Of a stretch of 61,254 bases of DNA, positions 44,550 through 55,067 are shown piece after piece. The translations under genes were made by a program, and so were the position numbers. Every line of letters begins with the position of its first letter. The first letter of the stretch is position 1. The stretch is from a virus (taxonomy: Duplodnaviria > Caudoviricetes). Location: IMG/VR virus record IMGVR_UViG_3300023440_000007, positions 1-61,254 of that record; one strand, written 5' to 3'. Under the pieces are notes generated by a model. It saw only the letters and a list, made by a program, of their open reading frames with translations. It did not search any database and was not told where the DNA came from.

Positions 44550-45364
44550 AGTTCTTCAAGCCTCTGAAAGAAGACTTCTGCCTATTTATTCCAACGTGCA
44601 GAAGACCCAATAGACAGATCACAGCAACAAGGCTGCTACAGGCTAGCATACCATTTAATGTCGTCGTACAAGGCCGTGAGGCGACCGCATACGACTACTT
44701 TAGGGAGCAGGGAGTGCCTGTCATCGTACTGCCGTGGTGGGTATGTGATCTCTCTGATACATGGCAGTGGCTATTAGAAAATACCCCGACAAGATACTTC
44801 ATGTGTATGGATGACGACTTGTACCTCTTCAGGAGGGAGCCAGACAGTGTAAAGCTCCACATAGCTTCAGATGAAGACATAAAACAGATGTTTGATACTC
44901 TTTATGGTTGGATGAAAGAAGGAGTAGTCCATGTCGGAGTATCTATGAGAGAAGGCAATAATAGGTATCCAGACCCATATTACGAAAACATGAGGATGTG
45001 CAGGGCGACTGGATATGATTCTGAAGTGGTTAGAAGCCTTGGAGTGAAGTTCAATAGAGTTATTTGTAGAGCAGACTTTCACATGACTCTAGAATTATTG
45101 AAAAGGGGTTATAAAAACAGAGTATTATTTGAATTTGCTACTAATCAACCTGGCAGCAATACTGATGGTGGATGCAGCAGCTACAGATCTGACGAAGTGC
45201 TAGAAGAAAATGCCATACTCTTAGCGAAGATGCATCATCCGTATGTTAAAGTCGTAGAAAAAGTAACCAAAACTGCTTGGAATAGCAGGCCGAGAAAGGA
45301 CGTAATCGTCTATTGGAAAAAAGCCTTCAGAGATTCTCAGAAGAATCAAAATGATAGTCATTAA
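44546..45364 (+). CDS. GT-A glycosyltransferase, TET/JBP-associated (GREB1-like) type
   Basis: IPT..R, MDDD, DFHMTLELL..GY.N, GSNTDGGCSSYR; sits inside the modification cluster. Confidence 0.75.
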   Translation: MKFFKPLKEDFCLFIPTCRRPNRQITATRLLQASIPFNVVVQGREATAYDYFREQGVPVIVLPWWVCDLSDTWQWLLENTPTRYFMCMDDDLYLFRREPDSVKLHIASDEDIKQMFDTLYGWMKEGVVHVGVSMREGNNRYPDPYYENMRMCRATGYDSEVVRSLGVKFNRVICRADFHMTLELLKRGYKNRVLFEFATNQPGSNTDGGCSSYRSDEVLEENAILLAKMHHPYVKVVEKVTKTAWNSRPRKDVIVYWKKAFRDSQKNQNDSH

Positions 45365-46412
45365 TTGCAGAAATGTAAGCGAGTCGCTTGCCAGGGGTAT
45401 AGACATGCTCCTGACAGAAGGAGTAGTGCATAAGAGCAGAGCAGGGGATGTTGTGGTATATCCAACCCCTGTGACGACCATATTCAGAAAGCCTACAGAG
45501 AGAGTACTTCTTTATGAAGAAAGAGACGCAAATCCTTTCTTCCATATATTCGAAGCTCTGTGGATGTTGGCAGGTAGAAATGATGTCTCATACGTGAAGA
45601 AATATGTCAAGACTATAGAAAAATACAGCGATGATGGCATTACATTCAACGGAGCCTATGGATACAGATGGAGAAGAGCATTTGGATTTGACCAAATAGA
45701 AAAGATAGTCCAATTGTTAAAGAATTGTCCGAATACAAGGAGGGCCGTATTGCAGATGTGGTTTCCTCCTCTTGACTTGTTTGAGGATGAGGACAATGCG
45801 AGCCTTGATGTATGTTGCAATACGGCTGTCTATTTCTGGATGAGCAGTGATGGACTGAACATAACCGTAACCAACAGATCCAATGACATAATATGGGGAC
45901 TTTATGGTTCAAATGCTGTCCATTTCAGTATCTTGCAGGAGTATGTAGCTAGTCGTATAGGAGCACAAGTAGGCAAATATTATCATATCAGTAATAATTA
46001 TCATGCATATCTAGATATTCTTGACAAGTGTGCCCCGATAAGAATCCATGCTCCAGATCCATATAGAACAGTAGAAAGAAATCCCTACTTAGGGGACAAT
46101 AGAATCCAATGTTATCCTCTTGTCTCCGATTCAGAACACTTTATGGAAGACCTTAACCATTTCATGGGAGACGAATTTGATTATCCCTATAAGAACAAGT
46201 TCTTTAGGGAGGTAGTCATACCACTAGAGAAAGGACATAGATATTTCAAGAACAAGAAGGATCCAGATAGGTTTGACAAGGCACTAGTAGAAATTGCTAA
46301 ATGCAAAGCTTCTGACTGGAAGACAGCCGCTGAGGAGTGGATAATAAGGAGGAGGGATCGTGCAAAAAGAGTTCAAACAGATAATAGAGAGACTAGCAAA
46401 ACAGGACGTTGA
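45351..46412 (+). CDS. Thymidylate-synthase-fold enzyme, probably dUMP hydroxymethylase
   Basis: ANPFFH..E.LWMLAGRND, GAYGYRWR, TRRAVL, CN, NRSND..WG...N (Asn suggests a dUMP substrate), HAY. Confidence 0.85.
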   Translation: MIVINCRNVSESLARGIDMLLTEGVVHKSRAGDVVVYPTPVTTIFRKPTERVLLYEERDANPFFHIFEALWMLAGRNDVSYVKKYVKTIEKYSDDGITFNGAYGYRWRRAFGFDQIEKIVQLLKNCPNTRRAVLQMWFPPLDLFEDEDNASLDVCCNTAVYFWMSSDGLNITVTNRSNDIIWGLYGSNAVHFSILQEYVASRIGAQVGKYYHISNNYHAYLDILDKCAPIRIHAPDPYRTVERNPYLGDNRIQCYPLVSDSEHFMEDLNHFMGDEFDYPYKNKFFREVVIPLEKGHRYFKNKKDPDRFDKALVEIAKCKASDWKTAAEEWIIRRRDRAKRVQTDNRETSKTGR

Positions 46413-46665
46413 AGCTCTAGAGAAAGCAGACGAGTCCTATGGAGATAGCTGGAAGAAGCGTGGGGGTATTGGGGCATACATGGTCTCAATACGGAAGATT
46501 GATAGGATCGAAAATCAAGTAGAGAAATTCAATTACGATATATTCAAGGCTGGAATAAAAGAGATAGAGGGAAATATACAGGATGGTATTCTAGACGACA
46601 TAAGAGATTATCGTAGGTATCTCTTTCTGATAGAGGCTGAAATAATCAGACTTAGCAAGAAATGA
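46360..46665 (+). CDS. Nucleotide-modification-associated small helical protein (DUF1599/Nmad-like)
   Basis: SYGDSWKKRGG.GA....RK.DRIEN...DDIRD...YL. Confidence 0.7.
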   Translation: MQKEFKQIIERLAKQDVEALEKADESYGDSWKKRGGIGAYMVSIRKIDRIENQVEKFNYDIFKAGIKEIEGNIQDGILDDIRDYRRYLFLIEAEIIRLSKK

Positions 46666-49193
46666 GCCTAGCTATAGTAAAGGAGAAGTTCAAGAGGTCA
46701 ACAAAGCCTGAAATGATCAGGCTTTGTAATCGGTACGGCTGCGCGCTATGTCCTCTAGACAACGCTAAAGTAAACAGCCCGAAGATGGAGCCTTCCGGGG
46801 CTGAGTACCCGGTAGTATACTTCCTAGCGGAAGCCCCAGGAAGAATAGAAGATGATAGAGGAGAGCCTTTGATTGGACCTTCTGGGCAACTGCTCAGGAG
46901 GGTCATTCCCAATAGATATAAGGACAAAGTGAGGTTCAACAACTGTGTTAGAACCCGCCCACCTAATAATAGGACGCCTACCTATATAGAAATAGAGTGT
47001 TGTCGTAAAAGCATTGAAGAGGACATTGAAGAATCCAAGCCCAAGGCCATAATAGGTTTGGGCAATATCCCGCTTAAATGGATGACAGGACAGTCAGGCA
47101 TATCTGCCTGGCGTGGAAGGATAATGCCTGTGAAGGTAGGAAGCCACGAGTGTTGGTTCCTGCCCACTTTTCATCCTGCTCTTATACTCAGGAGAGGAAC
47201 AGAGATTTATGGAGAAGAAACTCAAGAATATAGGATCTTTAAGAAAGACATAAGAAGCCTCTTTAGAGAAATAGAGGCTATGCCGGATGCGCATGTATTT
47301 CCTCGTGAAGACATAGAAAACAATGTTCAATTACTGGGCATAGATAGAGATGCAGCAGAGGTCAATAAGACCATCCGCTTAATGGAAGAATTAGCAAGTT
47401 CAGGACTTATAGCCATAGACCTGGAGACTACTTGCTTACGGCCATACGACGAGAATGCGAAGATTCTTTCTATATCCATGTGCGATGATAGGAGAGCTAT
47501 CGCATTCCCAATAGACCACAGCGAGAGTGCATTTGATAGAAAGTCAAAAGAAAAGATCTGGAATAAGTTCGTTGAAATCATACTGGATAGGTCAGTACAG
47601 AAGATAGTCCACAATTCTACATTCGAGTATGAATGGCTAATAGAATTCATAGGAAGAGATGTAGCTAAGCAAGAACCTTGGCACGATACTTTGGCTCAAG
47701 CATATGTTTTAGATGCTAGGAAAGGAGTCTTAAGCCTTGAGTGTTTGACGATCCAGTATTACGGATTCAATTTGAAATCTTACTCTGATGTAAATGTAAA
47801 GAAACTCAGTAAAGAGCCTCTAAATAAAGTTCTTCTGTATAATGCTCTTGATTCCAAATTTGAATATATGTTGTTTCAAGACCAGATGAGGAAGATAGAG
47901 ATTGAGAACCTGAAAGATGTATATTATGAGCAGATAAGAAGAAATAGAACGGTATCTTTAACACAAGCAAAAGGACTTCTTATTGATAAGAAGCAGAATA
48001 AGAATCTTGCTAGGAAGTATGCCTTAAAGATAAAGAACGTTTTGGATAAAATACATTCGTATGAAGAAGTGAAAATGTATAAACAGAACAGTGAAGATGG
48101 GGAATTCAACATTGGATCTCCTAACCAACTCGGACTGTTATTAGACAGATATTTTGGCATACCTATAGGAAAGACAGATAAAGGCAATTACTCAACCGGA
48201 AAAGACATATTAGAAGAATTGGATATTCCAATAGCGAAGGATGCTGTTCTTTACAGAAACTTGAAGAAGATGCACTCCACGTACATAGTGGAGTTCTCTG
48301 AGAATGGAAAATATTATTGGCCAGATGGGAGGCTGCACCCCAAGTTCAATACTGCCCATGTAGTCACTAGAAGGTTTTCCAGCTCAGAGCCTAATGGGCA
48401 GAACTTCCCAAAAACAGAAAATAAGGAGATCAGAAGACAGATAATCCCAGAGGAGGGATGCTTGCTTCTGAGCTGTGACTATGGTCAGATGGAGATATGC
48501 GTCGTTGCTATCCTTTCTAGGGATACCAAGCTAAGGAGAGCAATAAAGGAAAGACATGATATCCATATGGAATGGAGTCAGAGAATCGCCTATGCTAGAC
48601 CTAGTCTCATTGGAGGCAAGAAATTCATAAAAGACAAAGATGAGATGAAGAAGTTCAGGAGCAAGGTGAAGAATGGATTCGTGTTTCCCCTGTTATATGG
48701 GAGCTCAACCAATAAGGTCGGAATCGCTATGGGTTTGGAGGGGAGTATTCTATACAAGCTCGTGGACGCGTTCTGGCATCAAATGCCTGGAGTCAAGAGA
48801 TGGCATAAGATCATAAGAGAAACATACAAAGAGTATGGATATTTGGAAGCTCCTACTGGATTTAGGTTTAGGGAGCCTTTGGATGTGACAAAGCTTATAA
48901 ACTATCCTGTACAATGTACCGCTTCAGAAATAGTCGTTAATTCTATGAACAGAATTTCTGAGTACAGTATTAGTAAGGACAAAGAGTATTTTCAGCCAAT
49001 ACTTAACATACACGACGATTTGACTTTCTCAATACCAGAGAAGTCATTTGATGAAGATGCTGAAACAATCATCAAATTCATGCTGAATCCAGATTTTGAC
49101 TTTATTTCTGTGCCTCTTTCTGTAGAAGCTTCCTATGGAAAGAATTGGTGTGACATGGAAGACATAGGAGTGTTTTTCTCTGATGAATTCTAG
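46662..49193 (+). CDS. Family A DNA polymerase with N-terminal family-4 UDG-like domain
   Basis: C..CPL, EAPG..ED, G.SG.LL, RPP.NRTP, HPA; exonuclease DLET; motif A DYGQME, B K....F.LLYG, C IHDD. Confidence 0.93.
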   Translation: MSLAIVKEKFKRSTKPEMIRLCNRYGCALCPLDNAKVNSPKMEPSGAEYPVVYFLAEAPGRIEDDRGEPLIGPSGQLLRRVIPNRYKDKVRFNNCVRTRPPNNRTPTYIEIECCRKSIEEDIEESKPKAIIGLGNIPLKWMTGQSGISAWRGRIMPVKVGSHECWFLPTFHPALILRRGTEIYGEETQEYRIFKKDIRSLFREIEAMPDAHVFPREDIENNVQLLGIDRDAAEVNKTIRLMEELASSGLIAIDLETTCLRPYDENAKILSISMCDDRRAIAFPIDHSESAFDRKSKEKIWNKFVEIILDRSVQKIVHNSTFEYEWLIEFIGRDVAKQEPWHDTLAQAYVLDARKGVLSLECLTIQYYGFNLKSYSDVNVKKLSKEPLNKVLLYNALDSKFEYMLFQDQMRKIEIENLKDVYYEQIRRNRTVSLTQAKGLLIDKKQNKNLARKYALKIKNVLDKIHSYEEVKMYKQNSEDGEFNIGSPNQLGLLLDRYFGIPIGKTDKGNYSTGKDILEELDIPIAKDAVLYRNLKKMHSTYIVEFSENGKYYWPDGRLHPKFNTAHVVTRRFSSSEPNGQNFPKTENKEIRRQIIPEEGCLLLSCDYGQMEICVVAILSRDTKLRRAIKERHDIHMEWSQRIAYARPSLIGGKKFIKDKDEMKKFRSKVKNGFVFPLLYGSSTNKVGIAMGLEGSILYKLVDAFWHQMPGVKRWHKIIRETYKEYGYLEAPTGFRFREPLDVTKLINYPVQCTASEIVVNSMNRISEYSISKDKEYFQPILNIHDDLTFSIPEKSFDEDAETIIKFMLNPDFDFISVPLSVEASYGKNWCDMEDIGVFFSDEF

Positions 49194-49713
49194 CGATCCT
49201 CTGATAGAAAGAGCGAAAGAAAAGCTTCTGATAGATAAGTACAATCTTGACGATGCTTTACAGGAGCATCCATCTCTGTATTGGGACATATGCGAAGAGT
49301 ACATTCAGGCTGTATCCAAAAGAGATGAGGCATACGAGAACATAAAGACCGTATCTGCCGATCTCAATGTCTCCATAAGACAGATGTTTGAGTCTGAAGG
49401 TAAGAAATGCACTGAAGCTATGATCACAAATGCGGTATTGTCTGCTAAGCCTTACAAAGAAGCTGTAGAGAAACATCTTTCTTTGAAAGAGGAAGCAGCT
49501 AAACTGGGAGCGCTTAAGGACTCGTTTGAGCAGCGCAGCTATGTCCTAAAATCTCTGGTTGAGCTGTATATAGCAGGATACTTTACGAAGGAGACATACT
49601 TCTCTAAGCCTAAGAGGGAAGAAAAGAGCAGCAAGCAGATGCTTGCTGAAGACCTTCGAGCAAAGCTTATAGAGAAGCGTAGGAACAGAGCCTCTAACAG
49701 AACCTCGAAATAG
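49183..49713 (+). CDS. UvsY-like recombination mediator
   Basis: Helical protein, IDK.NLD...P.LY, TEA.I..AV; lies before the SSB and RecA genes. Confidence 0.6.
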   Translation: MNSSDPLIERAKEKLLIDKYNLDDALQEHPSLYWDICEEYIQAVSKRDEAYENIKTVSADLNVSIRQMFESEGKKCTEAMITNAVLSAKPYKEAVEKHLSLKEEAAKLGALKDSFEQRSYVLKSLVELYIAGYFTKETYFSKPKREEKSSKQMLAEDLRAKLIEKRRNRASNRTSK

Positions 49714-49724
49714 GGAAAAGAGCT

Positions 49725-50672
49725 ATGGAACGCAGGAAGAAAGTGTCTAGCAGACATGGACCTAAACACCCTACATTCAAGTATCGCAAAAGGGACATCT
49801 CGGTAGTCAAGAAGAGGGCGACCCAGAAGGGATACACGACTACGAGGATGCTCAAAGATGAGTTTGAGTATTTTGTCCCTACTGAAGGAGACTTTAGGAT
49901 AAGAATCCTGCCTCCTTCCTCTAAGCTCCCTGAGCCTTACTATGGCTACGATATCTATATCCACTATGGAGTTGGCGTAGACGAGGGTAATTACATTTGT
50001 CCTAAAAAGACGTTCAACGACAAGTGTCCCATTTGTGAAGAAAGAGACAGCATGGTCTCAAAGGACCCTGACTATGCTGCGAAACTCGACTCTAAGAAAA
50101 GGGTAGCTGTATGGATCATAGATAGGGACAAAGAGAAGGAAGGTCCCCTCATGTGGTTCATGCCTTGGACTGTAGATAGAGACATCGCTCAGATCTCTCA
50201 GGACAAGTACACTGGTGAAGTCTATTACATAGACGATCCTGAAGAGGGATATGATGTCATGTTCTCTAAAGAGGGTTCCGGGTTAAGGACAAAGTATACC
50301 GGGATCATGATCGCCAGGAAGAGCTCTCCCATCCATGACGATCCAGACGTAATGGATTCCTGGCTGGAATTTGTAGAGGTGAATCCCATAAATGAGTGTC
50401 TGGTAGTTTACAGCTACGACGAGCTCAAAGACATCTTCTGTGGAGCTTCTCCTGCTAAACAGGAAGTATATGAAGATGATGAAGACGAAGATGAAGAGTA
50501 CGAAGAAGAGGAAGAAAGTGATCTCAAGAAATATGTAACGAGTAGGAGGGAAAGACTTGATGTAGATGATGAGGAAGACGAGGATGAAGAGCCTTCTCCC
50601 TGGGATGATGAGGAAGAAGAGGAAGAAAGGCGTTCCATTTCCAAGCGCATTAGGAGGGCTAGGAGCAGATAA
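49725..50672 (+). CDS. gp32-like single-stranded DNA-binding protein
   Basis: IRILP, HY, CP......CPICE, DP..GYD, G..TKY, acidic tail. Confidence 0.8.
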   Translation: MERRKKVSSRHGPKHPTFKYRKRDISVVKKRATQKGYTTTRMLKDEFEYFVPTEGDFRIRILPPSSKLPEPYYGYDIYIHYGVGVDEGNYICPKKTFNDKCPICEERDSMVSKDPDYAAKLDSKKRVAVWIIDRDKEKEGPLMWFMPWTVDRDIAQISQDKYTGEVYYIDDPEEGYDVMFSKEGSGLRTKYTGIMIARKSSPIHDDPDVMDSWLEFVEVNPINECLVVYSYDELKDIFCGASPAKQEVYEDDEDEDEEYEEEEESDLKKYVTSRRERLDVDDEEDEDEEPSPWDDEEEEEERRSISKRIRRARSR

Positions 50673-51697
50673 TGAAAAGACCAGACCTTTCTAACTATAG
50701 AAAAGAGTCTGAAAGAGCTGGGAACTACTTCCTAAAGAAAACGTCTTCCCACAGATTTGTTTCCTCTGGGTGCGTCCTCCTAGACTGTGTTCTAGGAGGA
50801 GGCTTCCCTATAGGAAGGATAGTCAACATCGTAGGTGACAAAGCTGTAGGAAAGACTTTATTGGCCATAGAAGCCATAGCCAATTTCCATAGAGAGTACC
50901 CACAAGGCAAGATATGGTATAGGGAGACAGAAGCAGCATTTGATACAGAATATGCGAGGATGCTAGGTCTGCCAGTGGAAGATGTTGATTTTGGTGATCA
51001 TAAGTTCTTCACTGTAGAAGACATCTTCGATGACATCAGACAATGCATAAAGTCTATAGAAAAAGAAAATGTCGGTATCTATATCCTTGATTCTTTAGAT
51101 GCCCTTTCGGATAAAGCTGAACTAGAAAGGGACATGGACCAAGGGACTTATGGAGCTACCAAAGCAAAAAAGATGTCAGAGCTGTTCAGGAGGGTATCCC
51201 AACTTCTAGAAGACAGCAATATCCTCTTGATAATCATATCCCAAGTCAGAGATAAGATAGGGGTAATGTTTGGCGAGAAGCATACAAGGTCTGGAGGTAG
51301 AGCCTTAGACTTCTATGCTAGCCAGATCTTGTATCTTTCTCAGCTGAAAAAGATCTCTAAGACTGTCAATAAGATAAAGAGGCCGGTAGGAGTATATGTC
51401 TCTGCGCTTTGTAAGAAGAATAAGATAGGAATGCCGTATAGATCTTGTGAGTTTCCAATCATATTCTCTTTTGGCATTGACAACCTTGCAGCCTGCACAG
51501 AGTGGCTAAAGAGCGTGGATAGACTAGAGGAAGCAGGTCTAGGTGAAGTTAATATATCCTCTCTGTCTTGCAGGAGCAAGGGCATATCTGTAGACACGTA
51601 TTTCAAATACGACAAGAAAGTCAGACAGATTGTACCGAAGGTATGGAAAGAACTAGAACAAGAGTTCATGCCTACCTTCGGTAAGTATGATGGCTAA
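50672..51697 (+). CDS. recA: RecA/UvsX recombinase
   Basis: LD..LGGG.P.GRI, GDKAVGKT, ILDS, SQVR.KIG, GGRALDFYAS, KNK. Confidence 0.93.
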   Translation: MKRPDLSNYRKESERAGNYFLKKTSSHRFVSSGCVLLDCVLGGGFPIGRIVNIVGDKAVGKTLLAIEAIANFHREYPQGKIWYRETEAAFDTEYARMLGLPVEDVDFGDHKFFTVEDIFDDIRQCIKSIEKENVGIYILDSLDALSDKAELERDMDQGTYGATKAKKMSELFRRVSQLLEDSNILLIIISQVRDKIGVMFGEKHTRSGGRALDFYASQILYLSQLKKISKTVNKIKRPVGVYVSALCKKNKIGMPYRSCEFPIIFSFGIDNLAACTEWLKSVDRLEEAGLGEVNISSLSCRSKGISVDTYFKYDKKVRQIVPKVWKELEQEFMPTFGKYDG

Positions 51698-52235
51698 GCC
51701 TGGATACAGTAATGCTAAGGGAGGCAATTTTGAAAGAAGAGTCTCTAAAGACCTTTCACTCCTGATCTCAAAAGGCAGTAAGAAAGATCTATTCTGGAGG
51801 TCTCCATCCTCTGGAGGCAGAGCGACTATAGCAATAAGGATAGGAGACAGCGCTGATAGGATTTCAGGTGACGTTATAGCCTTATCTGAAGAGGGGAGAA
51901 TCCTAACCGAACACTTCTTAATTGAATGTAAGGCATATAAGGATGTTCAATTCGATTCTTTCATCATAAAAAGCACTGGACTTCTACAAGGGTTTTGGGA
52001 AAAGACATGTATACAAGCAAAGAGCATAGATAAGCATCCTCTTCTAATAGTCAAAGAGAACTTTGTAAAGCCATACATTCTTTTATGGGATTCCAGCGTG
52101 AGATTCTTGCAAAGGGTTGGTCCTATATGTCTAATAGCTAGGAAATATGTATCCAAGACTGACTATGAGAGCAGTATTATTTCTATTATAGACTATGAGA
52201 AATTTGTGAACTATAAAGATGCTGATAACTTCTGA
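51687..52235 (+). CDS. Holliday junction resolvase-like PD-(D/E)XK nuclease
   Basis: KGGNFER, RSPSSGG, GD, IECK. Confidence 0.8.
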   Translation: MMAKPGYSNAKGGNFERRVSKDLSLLISKGSKKDLFWRSPSSGGRATIAIRIGDSADRISGDVIALSEEGRILTEHFLIECKAYKDVQFDSFIIKSTGLLQGFWEKTCIQAKSIDKHPLLIVKENFVKPYILLWDSSVRFLQRVGPICLIARKYVSKTDYESSIISIIDYEKFVNYKDADNF

Positions 52236-53223
52236 TCTACACTTGACCAGCAATGAGAATGATTCCTACAGGTTAGGGATCCTCTTATGGCTCGCACAAA
52301 AGGCCAAGGATCTTGACGTGAATACCGTCTTCATACTTGGAGACCTTACCGATAAGAAGGATAATCACCCTTCTTCATTGGTGAATAGGATAGTATCTGA
52401 CTTGAAGACGATAGCGAATAGAGTCGAGAATGTGGTCATATTGAAAGGGAACCACGACTATATAGATCCGGAAAACCCATTCTTCAAGTTCTTATCCAAT
52501 ATTGATAAGATTTCGTTCATAGTCAGTCCTTCCATCATGACCATAGGAAGGAAGAAAATACTGCTCCTTCCTCATAGCCAAAATCCATACAAGGAATGGG
52601 GCACTATAGACATGTCCGGATTTGACCTGATCCTCATGCATCAAACTATAAAAGGAGCTATAGCATCTAACGGCATGAGGATGGACGGGTATCGACAAGA
52701 CCTTTTCTCAAGAGCAAATTGTAGGATCATATCTGGAGATATCCATGTTCCCCAAGTCTTGGGAAGAATAGAATATGTAGGATCTCCATATAGGATAAAA
52801 TTTGGAGATAATTTCACCCCAAGACTCATTCATATAGATCATAGAGACTTCACTTCTACAGATTTGTATTTTCCATGTCTTTCAAAACATGTAATAGAGA
52901 TATCCTCCCCAGAGGAGCTTGAATCTATAGACTTCCTAAATAAGGGAGATCAAGTGAAGATACGAATGTTCCTAGGTAGACATGATTATCATAAGTGGCC
53001 TGAATACAGAGACAGGGTAAGGAGGTACTGTGGCTCAATCGGTATGTCAACGTGTTCTATAGAACTTGTTTCAGACGCAAACATGATAGAGGGAGAGACC
53101 CCTTCTGAGGAGGACCTTACTAAAAAGCAGGATGATGAGGTCCTGGTAGCCTACTGTGAATACAAAAACGTTCCTGATTTCTATGTCAGAAGGGGACTAG
53201 AGATTATAGGGGATGGAGAATGA
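52219..53223 (+). CDS. Mre11/SbcD-like metallophosphoesterase nuclease
   Basis: SDLH, GDLTD, GNHD, HQ, SGDIH, YVGSP. Confidence 0.92.
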   Translation: MLITSDLHLTSNENDSYRLGILLWLAQKAKDLDVNTVFILGDLTDKKDNHPSSLVNRIVSDLKTIANRVENVVILKGNHDYIDPENPFFKFLSNIDKISFIVSPSIMTIGRKKILLLPHSQNPYKEWGTIDMSGFDLILMHQTIKGAIASNGMRMDGYRQDLFSRANCRIISGDIHVPQVLGRIEYVGSPYRIKFGDNFTPRLIHIDHRDFTSTDLYFPCLSKHVIEISSPEELESIDFLNKGDQVKIRMFLGRHDYHKWPEYRDRVRRYCGSIGMSTCSIELVSDANMIEGETPSEEDLTKKQDDEVLVAYCEYKNVPDFYVRRGLEIIGDGE

Positions 53224-55067
53224 ACATAGATTCTGTGGTCCTTACAAATTTCAGGTCATTTTTGGGTAGACACTCTCTGAACTTCAATAGATTCAGTCAT
53301 GGAGTCAATTTCGTTTTTGGAGAAAACAAACAGGAAGAAGGATTAGGAGCTAACGGGGCAGGCAAGTCTTCTCTGTTCGAAGCTATATATTGGTGTCTGT
53401 ACGGTAAGACGACTCGTAACGTTAGAGGCGCAAATGTGCTCGCCAGATCGTCGTCAGATCCGTGTAGCGTACTTGTGCGCTTAGGCATAGGCGGTAAGCA
53501 ATACGAGATCGAGCGGAGATTAAAACCAAACAGACTTACCATAAATGGCGAACAGGTTACTCAAGCTGATGTAGAACAGCTGATAAACCTTACACCCGAA
53601 GAGTTTCAGAGCTGCATCCTAATAGGACAGTTCTCAAGCATGTTCTTCGACATGCAGCCAGCACAAAGACTGCAGATATTTTCGAACATTCTTGATCTAG
53701 AAAAGTGGTCAAAATATGGCAAGAAAGCAGCAGAACTGTGTCGCATACGCTATGAACAACTTTCTGACTTAGAAGTTAAGTACTCTACGCACTGCTCATT
53801 ATTGCGTAGAGAGGAATCTCTGTACGAGGAAAATATTGAGAAGTCTAAGAATTTTGAAAAGGAGAGGGATAGAAGAATTAAGGACTGTGAAGCTAGGATA
53901 GAGAATATCCTATCTTCCATAAAGGAATTTGAGAGCTCAAACTCCAAAGCTCACAATAAGATAAAGAAGACCAAGATAAAGCTGCGGAAATACGAAGCTG
54001 AAATAGAAGACATACTTTCTATAAAAGAAGAGCTGGAAAGAGAAAGAAGTGTTATGAGAGATGAGGCTTCTAGACTCGAAGCTGAGATATCCGCTGAAGA
54101 GAGAGCTATACAGGATCTAGATTCCATTGGATCTAGGTGTCCAATATGTTTCAATGAGATAACAGAGAGCCACAAGAATACTGAAATCAAAAATAGGGAA
54201 GAGATCATAGAGAGACTCTCTGAAAAATTCGATAAGCTAGTGCAACCTTACGAAGAGATAAAAGCAGCTATATCGGAAGCGGATGAAAGGATAAGACAGC
54301 TTTCTGAATTGATAGCGGAGTGTAAGAGCACAATACCCGTCCTTGAGAATTCGATAAAATCGAACGATAAGACTATAGATCAATACAAATCTCTGATAGA
54401 ACAAGCTGCATCAGAGAAGACATGCGTAGAGAACATGATGAATTTATACGAAGAAGAGTCAAAGAAGAACATGGAAACCATATCTTCACTGAAGTCTAAG
54501 ATAGAAAGACTTTCTAGAAAGAAGAAGCTATGCGAGAAAGATATGGAGGCATATGAGTTCTGGTCTAAAGAATTCAGTAAAGTCAGGCTCATGATAATAG
54601 AAAATGCTGTATCTCATCTAACTCTTGAGACAAACAGCATATTGGGACAATTGGGAATGGGAGATTGGTCCATAAAATTCGACATAGCTAGAGAGACAAA
54701 ATCCGGCTCTATCAGTTCTGGATTCCATCTAATGGTCACTCCTCCTGGAAATAGGGATCCCATCCCTATAGAGTGCTTCTCTGGAGGAGAAGTCCAGAGA
54801 CTCAGAATGGCTACTACCTTCGGGCTAGCTAACCTTATACAGAACAGCAAGGGCATCAATACCAATATCGAGATATACGATGAACCTTCTCAACACTTGT
54901 CTGAAGAAGGAATCACGGACCTAGTAGAGTTCTTAAGCTATAGAGCTAGGTCTCAAAGAAAACAGATATGGTTCATAGACCATAGAACGGTCAATTTTGG
55001 TGACTTCACTTCTGTTATCACTGTGATAAAAGACAACAACGGTTCTAGGATCAGTAGAGTTGCATGA
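53220..55067 (+). CDS. Rad50/SbcC-like SMC ATPase
   Basis: NGAGKSS, CPIC zinc hook, FSGGE signature, YDEP, DH. Confidence 0.93.
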   Translation: MNIDSVVLTNFRSFLGRHSLNFNRFSHGVNFVFGENKQEEGLGANGAGKSSLFEAIYWCLYGKTTRNVRGANVLARSSSDPCSVLVRLGIGGKQYEIERRLKPNRLTINGEQVTQADVEQLINLTPEEFQSCILIGQFSSMFFDMQPAQRLQIFSNILDLEKWSKYGKKAAELCRIRYEQLSDLEVKYSTHCSLLRREESLYEENIEKSKNFEKERDRRIKDCEARIENILSSIKEFESSNSKAHNKIKKTKIKLRKYEAEIEDILSIKEELERERSVMRDEASRLEAEISAEERAIQDLDSIGSRCPICFNEITESHKNTEIKNREEIIERLSEKFDKLVQPYEEIKAAISEADERIRQLSELIAECKSTIPVLENSIKSNDKTIDQYKSLIEQAASEKTCVENMMNLYEEESKKNMETISSLKSKIERLSRKKKLCEKDMEAYEFWSKEFSKVRLMIIENAVSHLTLETNSILGQLGMGDWSIKFDIARETKSGSISSGFHLMVTPPGNRDPIPIECFSGGEVQRLRMATTFGLANLIQNSKGINTNIEIYDEPSQHLSEEGITDLVEFLSYRARSQRKQIWFIDHRTVNFGDFTSVITVIKDNNGSRISRVA

